From NCBI GenBank assembly GCA_965203805.1, contig OZ241917.1, positions 5,248,001 through 5,312,000 of the forward strand: a stretch of 64,000 bases of DNA. Direction: 5' to 3'. The position numbers were made by a program, and so were the translations under genes. The notes below the pieces were generated by a model. It did not search any database. It was given only the letters and a program-made list of their open reading frames with translations, and was not told the origin of the DNA. The stretch is from Candidatus Latescibacterota bacterium. Lineage in GTDB: Bacteria > Latescibacterota > UBA2968 > GCA-2709665. Positions 17,783 to 28,429 of this stretch are shown piece after piece. Numbering within the stretch: the stretch's first letter is position 1; the number at the start of each line of letters is the position of its first letter.

Positions 17783-19099
17783 CTAAGGCGTTCGCCCGGC
17801 CGCGCGGATGCCTTCTTTTTCGTCCACCCACTTCAGAACCACGCTTCCCGCCACGAACAACACCGCCACAATCGAGACCCCGGCGCGCTGGGACTGAAAG
17901 ACGCGCGTGAGTTCCCCGAGGGCCAGGGGGCCGAGAAACGCGGTGGCTTTTCCCGAAAAGGCGAACAGGCCGAAAAACTCGTTCTCCTTTTCCGGCGGGA
18001 CAAACCGTCCCAGGAGCGAACGGCTGGCGGACTGGTTCGGTCCGGCGAAAAACCCAACCATGATGCCCGAAACCCAGAAGACGGTCTTGCTGTGGGTGAA
18101 GACGGCCAGCAGCGTCGCGACGATGAGGAATACGAGGCTGATCTGGATGGTGCGTTTGCCGCCCAGCAGATCGTCGAAGAAACCCATCACAAATGCCCCG
18201 GTTCCGGCGGCGACATTCAGGACAATCCCGAAGATCATGATTTCGGTAAACGTGAAGCCGAAGGTGCCGGCCGCGTAGATGCCCCCGAAGGCGAAGATGG
18301 TAATGAGCCCGTCGTTGTATACGAGGCGGGCGATGAGTAATTTGATGATTTCCTTATATTGCCTGGCCTCTCTGAACGTACGCGTAAGTTGACGATAGGA
18401 GGCAGCCAGGAGCCCGCGCACCGGAGTGACGGGGGCTTTTTTTTCGCTCACCCAGAGGAAGATGGGGATACTGAAAAACGCGAACCACACGGCAACGAGC
18501 AGATTGGTTGCGCGGATATTGGCGCCGGCCTCCTTCGTGAAACCGAACCAGGGTGTTTCGGCGCTGACGAATCCGACCATGGCGATACCCATGGCCAGCA
18601 GGCCGCCGATATAGCCCAGGCCCCATCCGTAGCCGGAGATACGGCCGATGTACTCCCTGGGGGCGATGTCCGGAAGAAAAGCATTGTAGAAGACGTTCCC
18701 CATTTCAAAGGCAAAGTTCGCGATGGCGAACCAGAAGAGCGCCTTCATAACCTGGCCCGGCGTTGCCGTATAGAGGACAGTTGTGGCGATGACGGCGATG
18801 ACGGTGGAGAGGAGGAGGAAACCCTTCCGGTATCCCCCCCGGTCGGCAAGCGCGCCCGCCAGCGGCGAAACCAGGGCCACCGCGATGGCGGAGAAGGTAA
18901 CCCCTCTGGACCAGAGCGTGGTGCCGATGATCTCACTCGACGCGAGGGACTTCACAAAGTACGTGGAATAGATGAAGGTCACCACGAGCGTGGTGAAGGC
19001 GGAGTTGGCGAAATCGTACATCGCCCACGACGCCACGGTCTTTTTGTCGATCTTGTTCAAGTGCGGGCGGACCCTTCTCAAAAACGCAGGGGCGACCAC
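17783..19099 (-). CDS. MFS transporter, UMF1/Atg22-like family
   Basis: SWAMYDFANSAF, YNAFLPDI, GRISGYGWGLGYIGG, QSASRSL; ~12 hydrophobic segments. Confidence 0.9.
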   Translation of the reverse strand: MVAPAFLRRVRPHLNKIDKKTVASWAMYDFANSAFTTLVVTFIYSTYFVKSLASSEIIGTTLWSRGVTFSAIAVALVSPLAGALADRGGYRKGFLLLSTVIAVIATTVLYTATPGQVMKALFWFAIANFAFEMGNVFYNAFLPDIAPREYIGRISGYGWGLGYIGGLLAMGIAMVGFVSAETPWFGFTKEAGANIRATNLLVAVWFAFFSIPIFLWVSEKKAPVTPVRGLLAASYRQLTRTFREARQYKEIIKLLIARLVYNDGLITIFAFGGIYAAGTFGFTFTEIMIFGIVLNVAAGTGAFVMGFFDDLLGGKRTIQISLVFLIVATLLAVFTHSKTVFWVSGIMVGFFAGPNQSASRSLLGRFVPPEKENEFFGLFAFSGKATAFLGPLALGELTRVFQSQRAGVSIVAVLFVAGSVVLKWVDEKEGIRAAGRTP

Positions 19100-19199
19100 A
19101 AGTGTCGCCCCTGCGTTGAATAAACCGTCTCTGAACGATCTCGCTTGGCTGTATCGTTAACCGGCTTAAGCTGACTGCTGAGAGCTGAAAGCCTATCGC

Positions 19200-22082
19200 T
19201 TAGAAGTCCGCCGTCAGTCCAACGGACACGAGGCGGCCGATCTTCGGGGCCCCGACGAATTCATTGTGTTTCTGGTTGAACATGTTGGAGGCGTTGGCGA
19301 CGAGCGCCACGGTTCCATCCGTCATCACGGACGGCAGTTCGTATCTCACATTTGCGTCGAAGACCAGGGCGGACTTGACGTCGCCGATGTAGACGCCGGA
19401 GTTCATTGGAAATCCGCTGCGTCCGCGGAGACGGAACCCGATCCGGATCCCCGGATCCTGCATGTTGGCCGTTGCGCCCAGGGTGAATTTGTTTCGAGGC
19501 GCGTTGAGCGCGATATCCGCAATGCCGCCCAGGTTCTTGAAGAGGTCCTTGTTGACGTGGGAGTAACTGCCCGAGAAGGTCCACGTTTCGTCGGCGTAAT
19601 AGGCAAAGCTGGCGTCGAATCCGTAGAATTCCACGTCGCCGAAGTTACGATAGGTCACCATGACCGCGTGGGGATCCGTAGCCTGAAGGGGTGAAACAGT
19701 GCCGAAAGGGATAAATGCGGCGCCGTTGTCGGCTGTGCCGGCTACGAAGAGACGGGTAATTTCATCTATGGGGGTGTTGTTGCCATTGCCGCCCTGTTCC
19801 GGCGCATCGAGCACGCCAAGGGCTACGGCCAGGAGCGCCGCTGAGGGGTCCTGGAGGGCCTGGGCGAGAGCGGCGGACAGCGAGGCCGCGAGTGCGTCTG
19901 GATCCAGGAAGACGTTCGGCGTTTCCACGCGCAGCGGCGCCACGAAGTCGTGGGTGCGGGTACGGTAAACGTCCGCCGCGATGGCGAACCGGTTGCCGAA
20001 GATTCCCTTGTAGCCGACTTCGTAGGTTTCCGTAATCGTGGGTCTGATCTTCTCAATATCCCGTATGGTCGAAGCGCCCAGGTCCGGAACCGGGTCGAAG
20101 GCTGCCGTTGTCGGATTCAGAGTCCTGAGGGTGTTCCGGAGGCCGGGAAGGGTCTGCGGTATGATGTTTTGAAAACCTGCAGCCAGCGCCTCCACCTGCG
20201 CGGCCGCTATGGTTGGAATCTGTTCCGCCGGAACCCCGGCGGCCGTGAGTTGCCCGGTAATCAAAGTGGTTGCAAGTTGCTTCAGGGTTGGAAGGGCCGC
20301 GGCCATGACCGCGCTTCGACCGATCCCCCACATGACGTTGCTGAATCTCGCGTCGTTCATCCCGATTTGGTGTGAAGGCGAGAGGCCGATCACCTGGGCG
20401 AACGGCGACCGGAAAGTTGGCACGCCGCTGGCGTCGCGGCTCCATGTAAATCCATTCTTGGTGCCCTGTGCGCGGACGTCGAATCCTGGGCTGAATCCCA
20501 GGACCGGTTGAAAGGCGCGACCTGTACCGAAGGCGTCCCTGGCCTGGACGATGTCCAGGAAGAAGTTGCCCGCGGATGGCGTACTGAACGCCCTGTTGTA
20601 CGTCAGCCGGAAGGTCTGAAGAGGATCCGGTTTGAAGACAACGGCGCCGCGGGGAGAGAAGACGCGCTCGTCGACGTGGTTATGGTCGTCCCACCGGGCG
20701 GCCCCCAATACGGTAACCTGTTCGTTCAGGCTGATCTCGCCCTGCGCGTAAGCCCCGAATTCGTCGATGTTGTCGCGGGTCTCGTTGGCGCCGTTTATTG
20801 TGCCTCCGGTATTCGGGCGCGTGAACAGGCCGTCGACTCCGTAGGTAATCCGACTGCGGTCCGCCACGCTCAGGCTGTGCTGGGCCTGCAGGACCGTAAA
20901 GGTTGACGTATCTACGATGGGGTCGTTCGTCCGGAGGAGTTTGGTATCACCGGCGTCGCTGGCATTGTGAAAGGCCTGAACGAAAATGTCTTTGAAAAGC
21001 ACGCGGCCCTGTACGAAGTAATTCGCCCACCCGTCGGCCTGTCCCGCGCCGATACCCGTCATTTCAATGCTGTTGATCCGGGCGAAGCCGGTTGAAAAAA
21101 TGCCCGTAAGGTCCTCGGTCGGGCGGACGTCGAGGCGCAATTCCCCGCTGATTCGGCTAACGTCGTAGTCCCTTGGATTCCGGCCGCGCAGCCGCACCTC
21201 TTCCGGGTCTTCGTGTTCCCAATCGGTTCCGGAGAAGTACTGTCCTGAGAGTTTCACACCGAACTGTTCCGTGGTTGCCGCGTGCCGGAAGGAGAGTTTC
21301 CGCAGGTCGCGTTCGCCGCCCATCACGCTGACGGACGTGCCTTCAGAGTCGAAGGGCGATCGAGTGACGATATGCATCACGCCGTTTGCGCTGTTTGGGC
21401 CGTAAAGGGCCGACCCCGGTCCCAGAACGACCTCGACGCGATCGACGTCGTGGTTCGTAATGGGAATGAAGTGATGCGCGTTGAACCGGAGAGAAGGCAC
21501 ACGGGAAATTCGGTTGTCCACCAGGGTAAGCAGCGTTCCGGAGAAGACGTTGTTGAACCCTCGCGCCACAGTGTTGGCCTGGAAAAGGCCGGTCTGGGCG
21601 TTGTCCACGCCCGCAAGCCCAACGATATAATCCGCAGCGCTGAGACCGCGCTGGGACTGTACGGCGTCGGACTCAACGACCGCGACCGAGGCCGGCGCGT
21701 CAAGGACCTTTTCCCGCCGGCGCGACGCAGAGACGATGATCTGGTCGCCGTAAAGGATCTCCACCGCCAGGCGGAAGTCGAGATTGACCTCGCCGCCTTC
21801 GGAAATGCGGACGCTGCTCCGGGTGGCGGTCTGGTATCCGACAAAGGATACCGAGACTTCATAGACGCCGTCCGGAAGATTCCCGGCCTCGTACATACCG
21901 TTCTCTTCGGACACCACGGTCAGTGGACCGGAAAGCGCGGAACCCTGGACGATGACGTTGGCGCCGAATAGAGGCTCACCATCGTTGCTGGTGATTTGTC
22001 CCTTGATGGCGCCCGCGCCGTGGGCGAAGGCAGGGGTGACCAGGCACAGAAGCAGGGCCAGTGCGGACCGTACGGATGACAT
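19200..22082 (-). CDS. TonB-dependent outer-membrane receptor with N-terminal carboxypeptidase-regulatory-like domain
   Basis: Signal peptide MSSVRSALALLLCL after RBS ggag; VSASRR, plug motif RVEVVLGPGSALYG; C-terminal Phe. Confidence 0.9.
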   Translation of the reverse strand: MSSVRSALALLLCLVTPAFAHGAGAIKGQITSNDGEPLFGANVIVQGSALSGPLTVVSEENGMYEAGNLPDGVYEVSVSFVGYQTATRSSVRISEGGEVNLDFRLAVEILYGDQIIVSASRRREKVLDAPASVAVVESDAVQSQRGLSAADYIVGLAGVDNAQTGLFQANTVARGFNNVFSGTLLTLVDNRISRVPSLRFNAHHFIPITNHDVDRVEVVLGPGSALYGPNSANGVMHIVTRSPFDSEGTSVSVMGGERDLRKLSFRHAATTEQFGVKLSGQYFSGTDWEHEDPEEVRLRGRNPRDYDVSRISGELRLDVRPTEDLTGIFSTGFARINSIEMTGIGAGQADGWANYFVQGRVLFKDIFVQAFHNASDAGDTKLLRTNDPIVDTSTFTVLQAQHSLSVADRSRITYGVDGLFTRPNTGGTINGANETRDNIDEFGAYAQGEISLNEQVTVLGAARWDDHNHVDERVFSPRGAVVFKPDPLQTFRLTYNRAFSTPSAGNFFLDIVQARDAFGTGRAFQPVLGFSPGFDVRAQGTKNGFTWSRDASGVPTFRSPFAQVIGLSPSHQIGMNDARFSNVMWGIGRSAVMAAALPTLKQLATTLITGQLTAAGVPAEQIPTIAAAQVEALAAGFQNIIPQTLPGLRNTLRTLNPTTAAFDPVPDLGASTIRDIEKIRPTITETYEVGYKGIFGNRFAIAADVYRTRTHDFVAPLRVETPNVFLDPDALAASLSAALAQALQDPSAALLAVALGVLDAPEQGGNGNNTPIDEITRLFVAGTADNGAAFIPFGTVSPLQATDPHAVMVTYRNFGDVEFYGFDASFAYYADETWTFSGSYSHVNKDLFKNLGGIADIALNAPRNKFTLGATANMQDPGIRIGFRLRGRSGFPMNSGVYIGDVKSALVFDANVRYELPSVMTDGTVALVANASNMFNQKHNEFVGAPKIGRLVSVGLTADF

Positions 22083-22189
22083 ACACTCACTCCTTGCGTT
22101 TGAAGTTCGGATTTTCGGCTCGTGTGAGGATGATGGACGAATCCGGGAAACGCAGGGTCCCGTTCCGGAGATATGTTGCCATTCAACCG

Positions 22190-22750
22190 TCACGTTCCAT
22201 CGCGGCATTCCGCGTTGGCGAGCGCCGCTTTGATGGCGCCCGCCAGCGGTTCCGGAGAAGCCAGATATTGCCGAGTGCTCGAGAAGACGCGGCCGCCGAT
22301 CGGTTCGCCTGCAAGCCTTGGAATCAGCTGGAAGTGAAGATGAGAAAGCGGTCCGGAACACATGGTGACCTGGTAGACCTTGTCGCAGCCGGTAGCCGTT
22401 TTCAGCGCGCGGGTCAGCCGGAGCATGACCGCCATCAATTCCATTCCCAATGCTTCCGACAGGCCGGCGATATCCGGGACGTGCGGCCTGGTGACAACGA
22501 TCGTGTGACCCAGGCCGCGCGGGTATTGCTCGAGGAACGCGAAACAGCGCTCGTTTTCGAACAACAGCGCGCCGTCCGAGTTCGACGTTGCATCTCCGCC
22601 GGCGATCCAGTGACAGGTGTGGCACACACCCTGCTCGATAAGCCGGTTCCATCCGCGACCACGTTCCGCACGCTTGTGCACTTCGTGTTCCGTGGCCGGC
22701 CTTATACAGCCTTTTAGACGATCGAGATCCACAGGGTTACGGTCCGGCAT
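22190..22750 (-). CDS. HIT-family nucleotide hydrolase/transferase
   Basis: CHTC, YPRGLGHTIVV, HLHFQLIPR. Confidence 0.8.
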   Translation of the reverse strand: MPDRNPVDLDRLKGCIRPATEHEVHKRAERGRGWNRLIEQGVCHTCHWIAGGDATSNSDGALLFENERCFAFLEQYPRGLGHTIVVTRPHVPDIAGLSEALGMELMAVMLRLTRALKTATGCDKVYQVTMCSGPLSHLHFQLIPRLAGEPIGGRVFSSTRQYLASPEPLAGAIKAALANAECRDGT

Positions 22751-22928
22751 CTATTCTCAAGTGTCGAGAATTGCGACGGTCGTTTCCTTAATATAAGGGA
22801 TTATAATTTTTCTGCCCGTAAAAATCAATATTGTTGCAAGTTGCCCGCAGGATGGCATCCAACCATGATTCGCTCGGGGGCGTTTTACGGACGATCGAGA
22901 TCCGGACGATGCCGCCCGGCGTTGTCGC

Positions 22929-25900
22929 CTACGGAACCGCGATTCTTCCCAGGTACTCCCTGAGCTTGGGCGGAACGTGTTTTCGTATCAGGCTCTTCTC
23001 CAGCGTCCAGGCCGTTTCGGGGTCGAGTTTTGTCTCGAAGTGAACTGCTTTGCCTTCGTACCTGGCAACGGGCTCTCCGTCACGGTAGAGGATCCGGTTT
23101 CCCGGCGTTGCCGGGAGTCGCTTGCCCGGCGTCACGATCCCGACCAGATTGACCGGATCGCAGGCGCTGACCGACACGAGTTCTCCCCGTTTCTTCTCCC
23201 GCTTGAGCGACCGGATGACGGTGATCGCCTCCGGGAGCGCATACTGCTCTCCCCAGCGCTCCACGAATCGGCCTCCCCTCACCTCCCCCCGATCCTCCAT
23301 CCGTCTCAGTACCCGTACCAGATCGCGCCACGGCGGAATGCCGGTTTCTCTGGCCAGTACCCGCCGGAACACAACCCCGTAACGCTTCAGCAGAATCCGC
23401 GCACACTTTTCAATATCGGCGGGGTCTTCGGTTTCAGCCTGGATCACGGACCATCGGCCGGCCTGCTCCATGCCGAAGACGGGCCCCCGGTTGCGGCGGG
23501 ACCGCACCTTGAATTTCTCGGGTATCAGAAGCGCCCGTAATCCGGCAAAGCTGTCGCACGTGAGCAATCCGGCCGCGACCAGCTCGGCAATGGCGCTTTC
23601 TACTTCGCTCTTGAGCATTTTCGACCGGGCGATGATGTCGTGGTAAAACAGCGCGCCGCCGGCCTCCAGACACTCGAGCACCCTTTGCGCGGACGGCGTC
23701 AGCACCGGATCACAGGACTCCGGGGGGCGGAACGGCCAGGCCACGAATGTGGCCCGGTTGACCAGGGTGATCGGCGTGGTGCGAATGGGGGTGTTCCCGG
23801 CCCGGTTGTTTTGCACCCTGAGATAGCGGCCCCACATCGTTTTTCCGGACAGGCAGCAGGTATCCAGCCAGTTGTGGTCGTAGTCCTTGATGCGGGAAGG
23901 CAGGATGTCGCTCTCCCAGGCGATGGCCGGACAGGAAAATCCGTCGAGTTGGTCCAAAGCACCGTTGAGCGCTTCGGCGCCTTCTTTCCGCGCGCCCCCG
24001 GTCAGGCCGTGCCAGCGGAGAAGAAACCGTATGTAATCGGCGGAGGAAATGGGCTTGATTGCCCGGCGCAGCTTTTCGAGCGTATATCTGTGGATGCGCG
24101 CCAGCAGGCGTCGTTCGCACCATTCCGTTTCCGCGTCCGCAGGCAGGTCCGGCGAGAAGTGGCCCCTGATCGCGAAGCCCTCGGTCTCGAGTGCGACGAG
24201 CGCCTGGTCGATCCTATGCGTGGGCAGGCCCATATCGCTTGAGATTGCGGAAGCGGTCGTGGGCCCGAGCAGTTCCAGCCTGCCCCGGATCACGTCCGTG
24301 AGCACCTGCTCCGGATCCTCCGACGAAAACTCTCGAATTGAATCGTGGACCACAGTCGCGCCGGCGTTGACGGCTTCCGGGTACAGGACCTGAAACTGCG
24401 GAATCCGTTCGACGGCAATCCAGAGTTTCGGGCCGCCCGCGGGTTCCACGGACGCCGCCTGGCCCGATTCGATCAGGGACGACAGGAGCGGGCGCCATCT
24501 CCCGTCGCCGCTTTCCGACATTTCGCTATCGGTCAGAAACCCGTGCATCACCAGAACGTCATACAGCTCATCCGCATCGGTAACGTCCGGCCAGGCCTCC
24601 GCCCGAACCGCCTGGATAGCGCCTTTCTCGAGCTTGCCCAGCTTTCTGGCGTCTTCGGGTTCCAGCCGCCTGCGCGTCCGGACAGCCTGTACCCGCCTTT
24701 CCTCCAGAGGGGCGTCATCCAGAAACGCGTACGGCCGCGCGTTGAGGATGCTTTCGGACATCGGCGAAGGCTCGCGCAGGTCGCGGGCCAACACTTCGAT
24801 GTCGCCGGTGTGTATCCGCTGGAGGAGGCCTTCCAGGGCGTCCACGTCCATCGCCTCGTGGAGACAGTCGTGAATGGTCTGGTAGACGAGGGGATGGTCG
24901 GGCACCTCGCGGTCGCCCGGGATATTCTCCAGGCAGGCGAGTTGGTCGGGAAAAATCAGGGCCAGCAGGTCCTCCGCGTCGGAACGCTGGATCTGAGGCG
25001 GAACCCTCTCTCCTCCCCTTCGTCTGAGCACGGCCAGCGCGGTGGAGGCGTTCCACCGCCAGCGCGCCTGGAACATCGGCGCGTCCAGCAGGGCCTGCAC
25101 GAGGACCTCGCGGACCGTCCGGTCATTCAGATAGTCGACCACTTCCTTGAGAGGGAAACTGTGCGTGGGTCCGAGGGAGAGCACCAGACTCTCCTCGTTG
25201 GCCGCAGCCTGGAGTTCGAAGTTGAACTTGCGGCAGAACCGTTTTCGAAGCGCGAGCCCCCACGCCCGGTTCAGCCGGTTTCCGAAGACCGAATGAATGA
25301 CGAGGTGCTGGTCCCCCACTTCGTCGAAGAAACGCTCGAGGACGATGTGTTTCTGGGACGGTACCAGGTCCAGGGATGCCTTTGTTGCAGCCAGATACGT
25401 GACCACCTGATCGGCCGCATCCGCGGTCGTGCCGACGTCGTCCGTCAGCCATGCGGCGGCATCCCGTTTCCACTCGCCTGACGCCTCGTCGTCGATTTGT
25501 CCGAGATCGATTCGCGCAGACACTTCCTCACGGACGCGGGAAACCGCGGTTGACAGTTCCGCTGACCTCCCCGGGGCTTCGCCGATCCAGAACGGCATGG
25601 TGGGCGGAAGCCCGTCGGCGTCTTCGACGCGAACCTTGCCCGTCTCCACTTTGAGAATTCGCCAGGAGGCCGTGCCCAGCTGGAAGATGTCCCCCGGAAG
25701 GCTCTCGACGGCAAAATCCTCGTGGACCGAGCCGATCTGAACTCCCGAGGGTTCGAGCCGCACGTCGTAGTCGAACTGGTCGGGAATGGTTCCTCCGGAG
25801 ACCGTCGCGTTGAGGCGGGCGCCTTTTTTCGCCCGCAACGTCTGTGTGACGGGATTGAAGTGGAGATACGACCGCCTCGTGCCCCTTCTGAACGTGAATC

Positions 25901-27260
25901 CGTCAACGAGCATCTGGATAACGCCGTTGAACGCTTCCCGGCTCAGGTCACGATAAATGAACGACCTGCGGACGAGGTCGAAGAGCGTGTCTGCCGTGTT
26001 GTCCTCGCAGGCGACTTCCGCCACGATCTGCTGCGCGAGCACGTCCAGCGGCTTGCTGGGAAAGGGAAGGCTGTCCAGTTCGCCGAGGCGGACACTGTGA
26101 AGCAGCGCCACGGCTTCGACCAGTTCGTCCTTCGTGAGCGGATACAGCTTCCCCCTGGGCGTGCCTTCGAGGGTGTGGCCGGAACGGCCGACGCGCTGGA
26201 GCAGCGTGGCAATGGCCTTGGGAGATCCGATCTGGACGACGAGATCGATGGCCCCCACGTCGATGCCCAGCTCGAGAGATCCCGTGGCCACCAGGGCCCT
26301 GAGGGCCCCGGCTTTGAGTCTCGTTTCCGCGTCCAGCCGTTTTTCGCGGGACATGCTTCCGTGGTGGGCAGAGACGACTTCGGGGCCCAGACGTTCGGAG
26401 AGGTGATGCGACAGGCGTTCGGTCATCGAACGCGTGGGCACGAATATAAGGGTGGTCTGGTGTCGGGCGATGGTACGTTCGAGGGATTGATGGATTTCTT
26501 CCCAGACTTCATTGGCCATCACCGCGGTGAGCGGGGATTCGGGCAGTTCGATTTCGAGTTCCAGTTCCCGTCGATGCCCGATATTGAGGACCGCGCAGGA
26601 TTCCGCGCCCCCGGTGAGAAAACGCGCCATACGGTCGATGGGCTTCTGCGTTGCGGAGATGCCGATGCGGTGGAGCGGGTTCCGGCTCAGACGCGCCAGA
26701 CGCTCCATGGAAATGGACAGGTGGGCCCCGCGTTTGTTTCCGGCAACGGCGTGGATTTCGTCGACGATGAGGGTGCGGGCGTCGCTCAGCATTTCACGCC
26801 CGCCGTTGCTTGTGAGGAGCAGGTAGAGGGACTCCGGCGTGGTCACCAGAATGTGGGGCGGCGTCCTGACCATCTTCGCCCGCTCGGTGCTCGGGGTGTC
26901 TCCGGTTCGGACCATCGCCCGCACGTCGACCTCGGGATTGCCGTTCTGTTCCAGGAGCGCCTTTATGCCCTTGAGCGGAAGCTGCAGATTGCGATGGATA
27001 TCGTTGCTGAGCGCTTTCAGCGGCGACACGTAGACAACCTGGGTCCGGTCGTCCAGCGTGCCGTCGAGGCAGCGCTCGAACAGGTTGTTCAGGACCGCCA
27101 GAAATGCCGCGAGCGTTTTCCCGGATCCGGTCGGCGCTGACAACAGGACGTCCCGCCTGTTTCCTATTTCAGGCCAGGCCAGTGACTGGATTTCGGACGG
27201 GCCGCTGAAATTCTTATTAAACCACTGCCGGACAACGGGATGGAAGTTTTCCAAGGGCAT
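22929..27260 (-). CDS. lhr: Lhr-family ATP-dependent SF2 DNA helicase
   Basis: 1443 aa; APTGSGKT, SPLKALSND, TTPESL, DEIH, HHGS, SLELGID, QRVGRSGH; C-terminal YGVVFR..RGGRFV. Confidence 0.92.
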   Translation of the reverse strand: MPLENFHPVVRQWFNKNFSGPSEIQSLAWPEIGNRRDVLLSAPTGSGKTLAAFLAVLNNLFERCLDGTLDDRTQVVYVSPLKALSNDIHRNLQLPLKGIKALLEQNGNPEVDVRAMVRTGDTPSTERAKMVRTPPHILVTTPESLYLLLTSNGGREMLSDARTLIVDEIHAVAGNKRGAHLSISMERLARLSRNPLHRIGISATQKPIDRMARFLTGGAESCAVLNIGHRRELELEIELPESPLTAVMANEVWEEIHQSLERTIARHQTTLIFVPTRSMTERLSHHLSERLGPEVVSAHHGSMSREKRLDAETRLKAGALRALVATGSLELGIDVGAIDLVVQIGSPKAIATLLQRVGRSGHTLEGTPRGKLYPLTKDELVEAVALLHSVRLGELDSLPFPSKPLDVLAQQIVAEVACEDNTADTLFDLVRRSFIYRDLSREAFNGVIQMLVDGFTFRRGTRRSYLHFNPVTQTLRAKKGARLNATVSGGTIPDQFDYDVRLEPSGVQIGSVHEDFAVESLPGDIFQLGTASWRILKVETGKVRVEDADGLPPTMPFWIGEAPGRSAELSTAVSRVREEVSARIDLGQIDDEASGEWKRDAAAWLTDDVGTTADAADQVVTYLAATKASLDLVPSQKHIVLERFFDEVGDQHLVIHSVFGNRLNRAWGLALRKRFCRKFNFELQAAANEESLVLSLGPTHSFPLKEVVDYLNDRTVREVLVQALLDAPMFQARWRWNASTALAVLRRRGGERVPPQIQRSDAEDLLALIFPDQLACLENIPGDREVPDHPLVYQTIHDCLHEAMDVDALEGLLQRIHTGDIEVLARDLREPSPMSESILNARPYAFLDDAPLEERRVQAVRTRRRLEPEDARKLGKLEKGAIQAVRAEAWPDVTDADELYDVLVMHGFLTDSEMSESGDGRWRPLLSSLIESGQAASVEPAGGPKLWIAVERIPQFQVLYPEAVNAGATVVHDSIREFSSEDPEQVLTDVIRGRLELLGPTTASAISSDMGLPTHRIDQALVALETEGFAIRGHFSPDLPADAETEWCERRLLARIHRYTLEKLRRAIKPISSADYIRFLLRWHGLTGGARKEGAEALNGALDQLDGFSCPAIAWESDILPSRIKDYDHNWLDTCCLSGKTMWGRYLRVQNNRAGNTPIRTTPITLVNRATFVAWPFRPPESCDPVLTPSAQRVLECLEAGGALFYHDIIARSKMLKSEVESAIAELVAAGLLTCDSFAGLRALLIPEKFKVRSRRNRGPVFGMEQAGRWSVIQAETEDPADIEKCARILLKRYGVVFRRVLARETGIPPWRDLVRVLRRMEDRGEVRGGRFVERWGEQYALPEAITVIRSLKREKKRGELVSVSACDPVNLVGIVTPGKRLPATPGNRILYRDGEPVARYEGKAVHFETKLDPETAWTLEKSLIRKHVPPKLREYLGRIAVP

Positions 27261-27367
27261 GTGGGTTCCTCGACCTGAGTCCGCTGACGCCGTGAATGGA
27301 GGGTTCGATCCGTGCTGTAGGGGTACATCCGTTCACTAATATAATGAACGACAATCTCAAACGCAAG

Positions 27368-27540
27368 GCAGCGGTCAGCCGTCAGTTTGAAAAAGAGCGA
27401 AGATCAAATTCAAAATCCCCTTTTCCCCAAATTCCCTGCCGTCAAAAAGCAGCTTTCAGCGGTCAGCATTCGGCAGTCAGCTAGAAGCAAGAGCGAAAAC
27501 CGCTCACACAAAGACACGAAGACACGAAGACACGAAGGAA
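27368..27540 (+). repeat. Composite intergenic repeat: TCAGC heptamers, a block shared with 39607-39693, and (acacgaag)n octamers
   Basis: Read directly; exact tccccaaattccctgcc also at 39677-39693. Confidence 0.7.
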
Positions 27541-27584
27541 AGCAACTGCAATCAGCCGAGAGCGAACCACCCCCAACGCCGCAG

Positions 27585-27657
27585 ACCTATCCCCCCGGCC
27601 TGCCTGCGCCGAGACCTGCTCGGCAGGCAGGCCCCCTCTCCCGGGGGGAGAGGGGGA
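27585..27657. repeat. CCCTCTCCC..GGGAGAGGG-type REP with a 33-bp CTGCC...CAGGCAGGC insertion (27600-27632)
   Basis: Insert flanked by duplicated GC; internal hairpin gccgag/ctcggc. Confidence 0.75.
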
Positions 27658-27676
27658 GTCATTCCACTCTCCCCGC

Positions 27677-28396
27677 TCACGGCCTGAACTCGTCCCAATG
27701 GGTGATCGAGTCAGGCCAGGTCTGGGGGTTCGCCGTAGGCCGGTCGCGCGAGCGATCGAAATAGACAGGGTCCATGCCCATCGACCGCGGGGCCAGAACG
27801 TCGTTTCGTAGATTGTCCCCGATGAAAAGGACGTCGTTCGCCCGGTCGGCGCCGAGGCCGGCCCGTCGGAGAGCCTCGCGGTAAATTTCGGGGCCCGGTT
27901 TTCGGAAACCGAACGCGGCGCTGTCGATGACGAACTCGAAATACCGCAACAGCCCGTGGACGGACAGCAGCCGCTCCGGCCAACCGGGCAGGTAGAAATT
28001 CGAGACAACGCCCATTCGAACTCTGCCGCGCCAGGACATCAGCATCTCCTCGACGCCCTGTGTTCGACGGACCTGCTTCGGATAAGATCTCTCGAATACA
28101 TCGACCATTTCCTTAACGAGCCGGTGTATTGGCACTCGACCGGTCGTTCCGGAAGCCGAAAGCACTTCCGACGTCCGGTCTCCAAGCTCGATTTCCCTCG
28201 ACGCGCCGCCGAACAACCGGTTTTCCCGCCATCGCGAGTAAGCAGCCTCGAAGTCGCGTGGCGTAGCAAAGTAGCCCGCCCGGACCGGAAGGTCGACTAT
28301 CGAACCCAGACCGGATTCGTCCCCGGTCTCGTCGAAATCATCGAGAAGGGTATTGAAGCAGTCGAAGAAGATCCACCGGGGTCTGCGGTTGGACAT
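27677..28396 (-). CDS. HAD-superfamily hydrolase
   Basis: FFDCFNTL, VVSN, RKP, FIGDNLRNDV. Confidence 0.88.
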   Translation of the reverse strand: MSNRRPRWIFFDCFNTLLDDFDETGDESGLGSIVDLPVRAGYFATPRDFEAAYSRWRENRLFGGASREIELGDRTSEVLSASGTTGRVPIHRLVKEMVDVFERSYPKQVRRTQGVEEMLMSWRGRVRMGVVSNFYLPGWPERLLSVHGLLRYFEFVIDSAAFGFRKPGPEIYREALRRAGLGADRANDVLFIGDNLRNDVLAPRSMGMDPVYFDRSRDRPTANPQTWPDSITHWDEFRP

Positions 28397-28429
28397 GGGG
28401 TATTCGGGGGCGATTGCAAGGGAACGGCA

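Noticed and set aside
22083-22652. N-terminal 190-aa extension of the TonB receptor in the ORF track
   Set aside because: Overlaps the HIT gene; the signal peptide and RBS place the start at 22082
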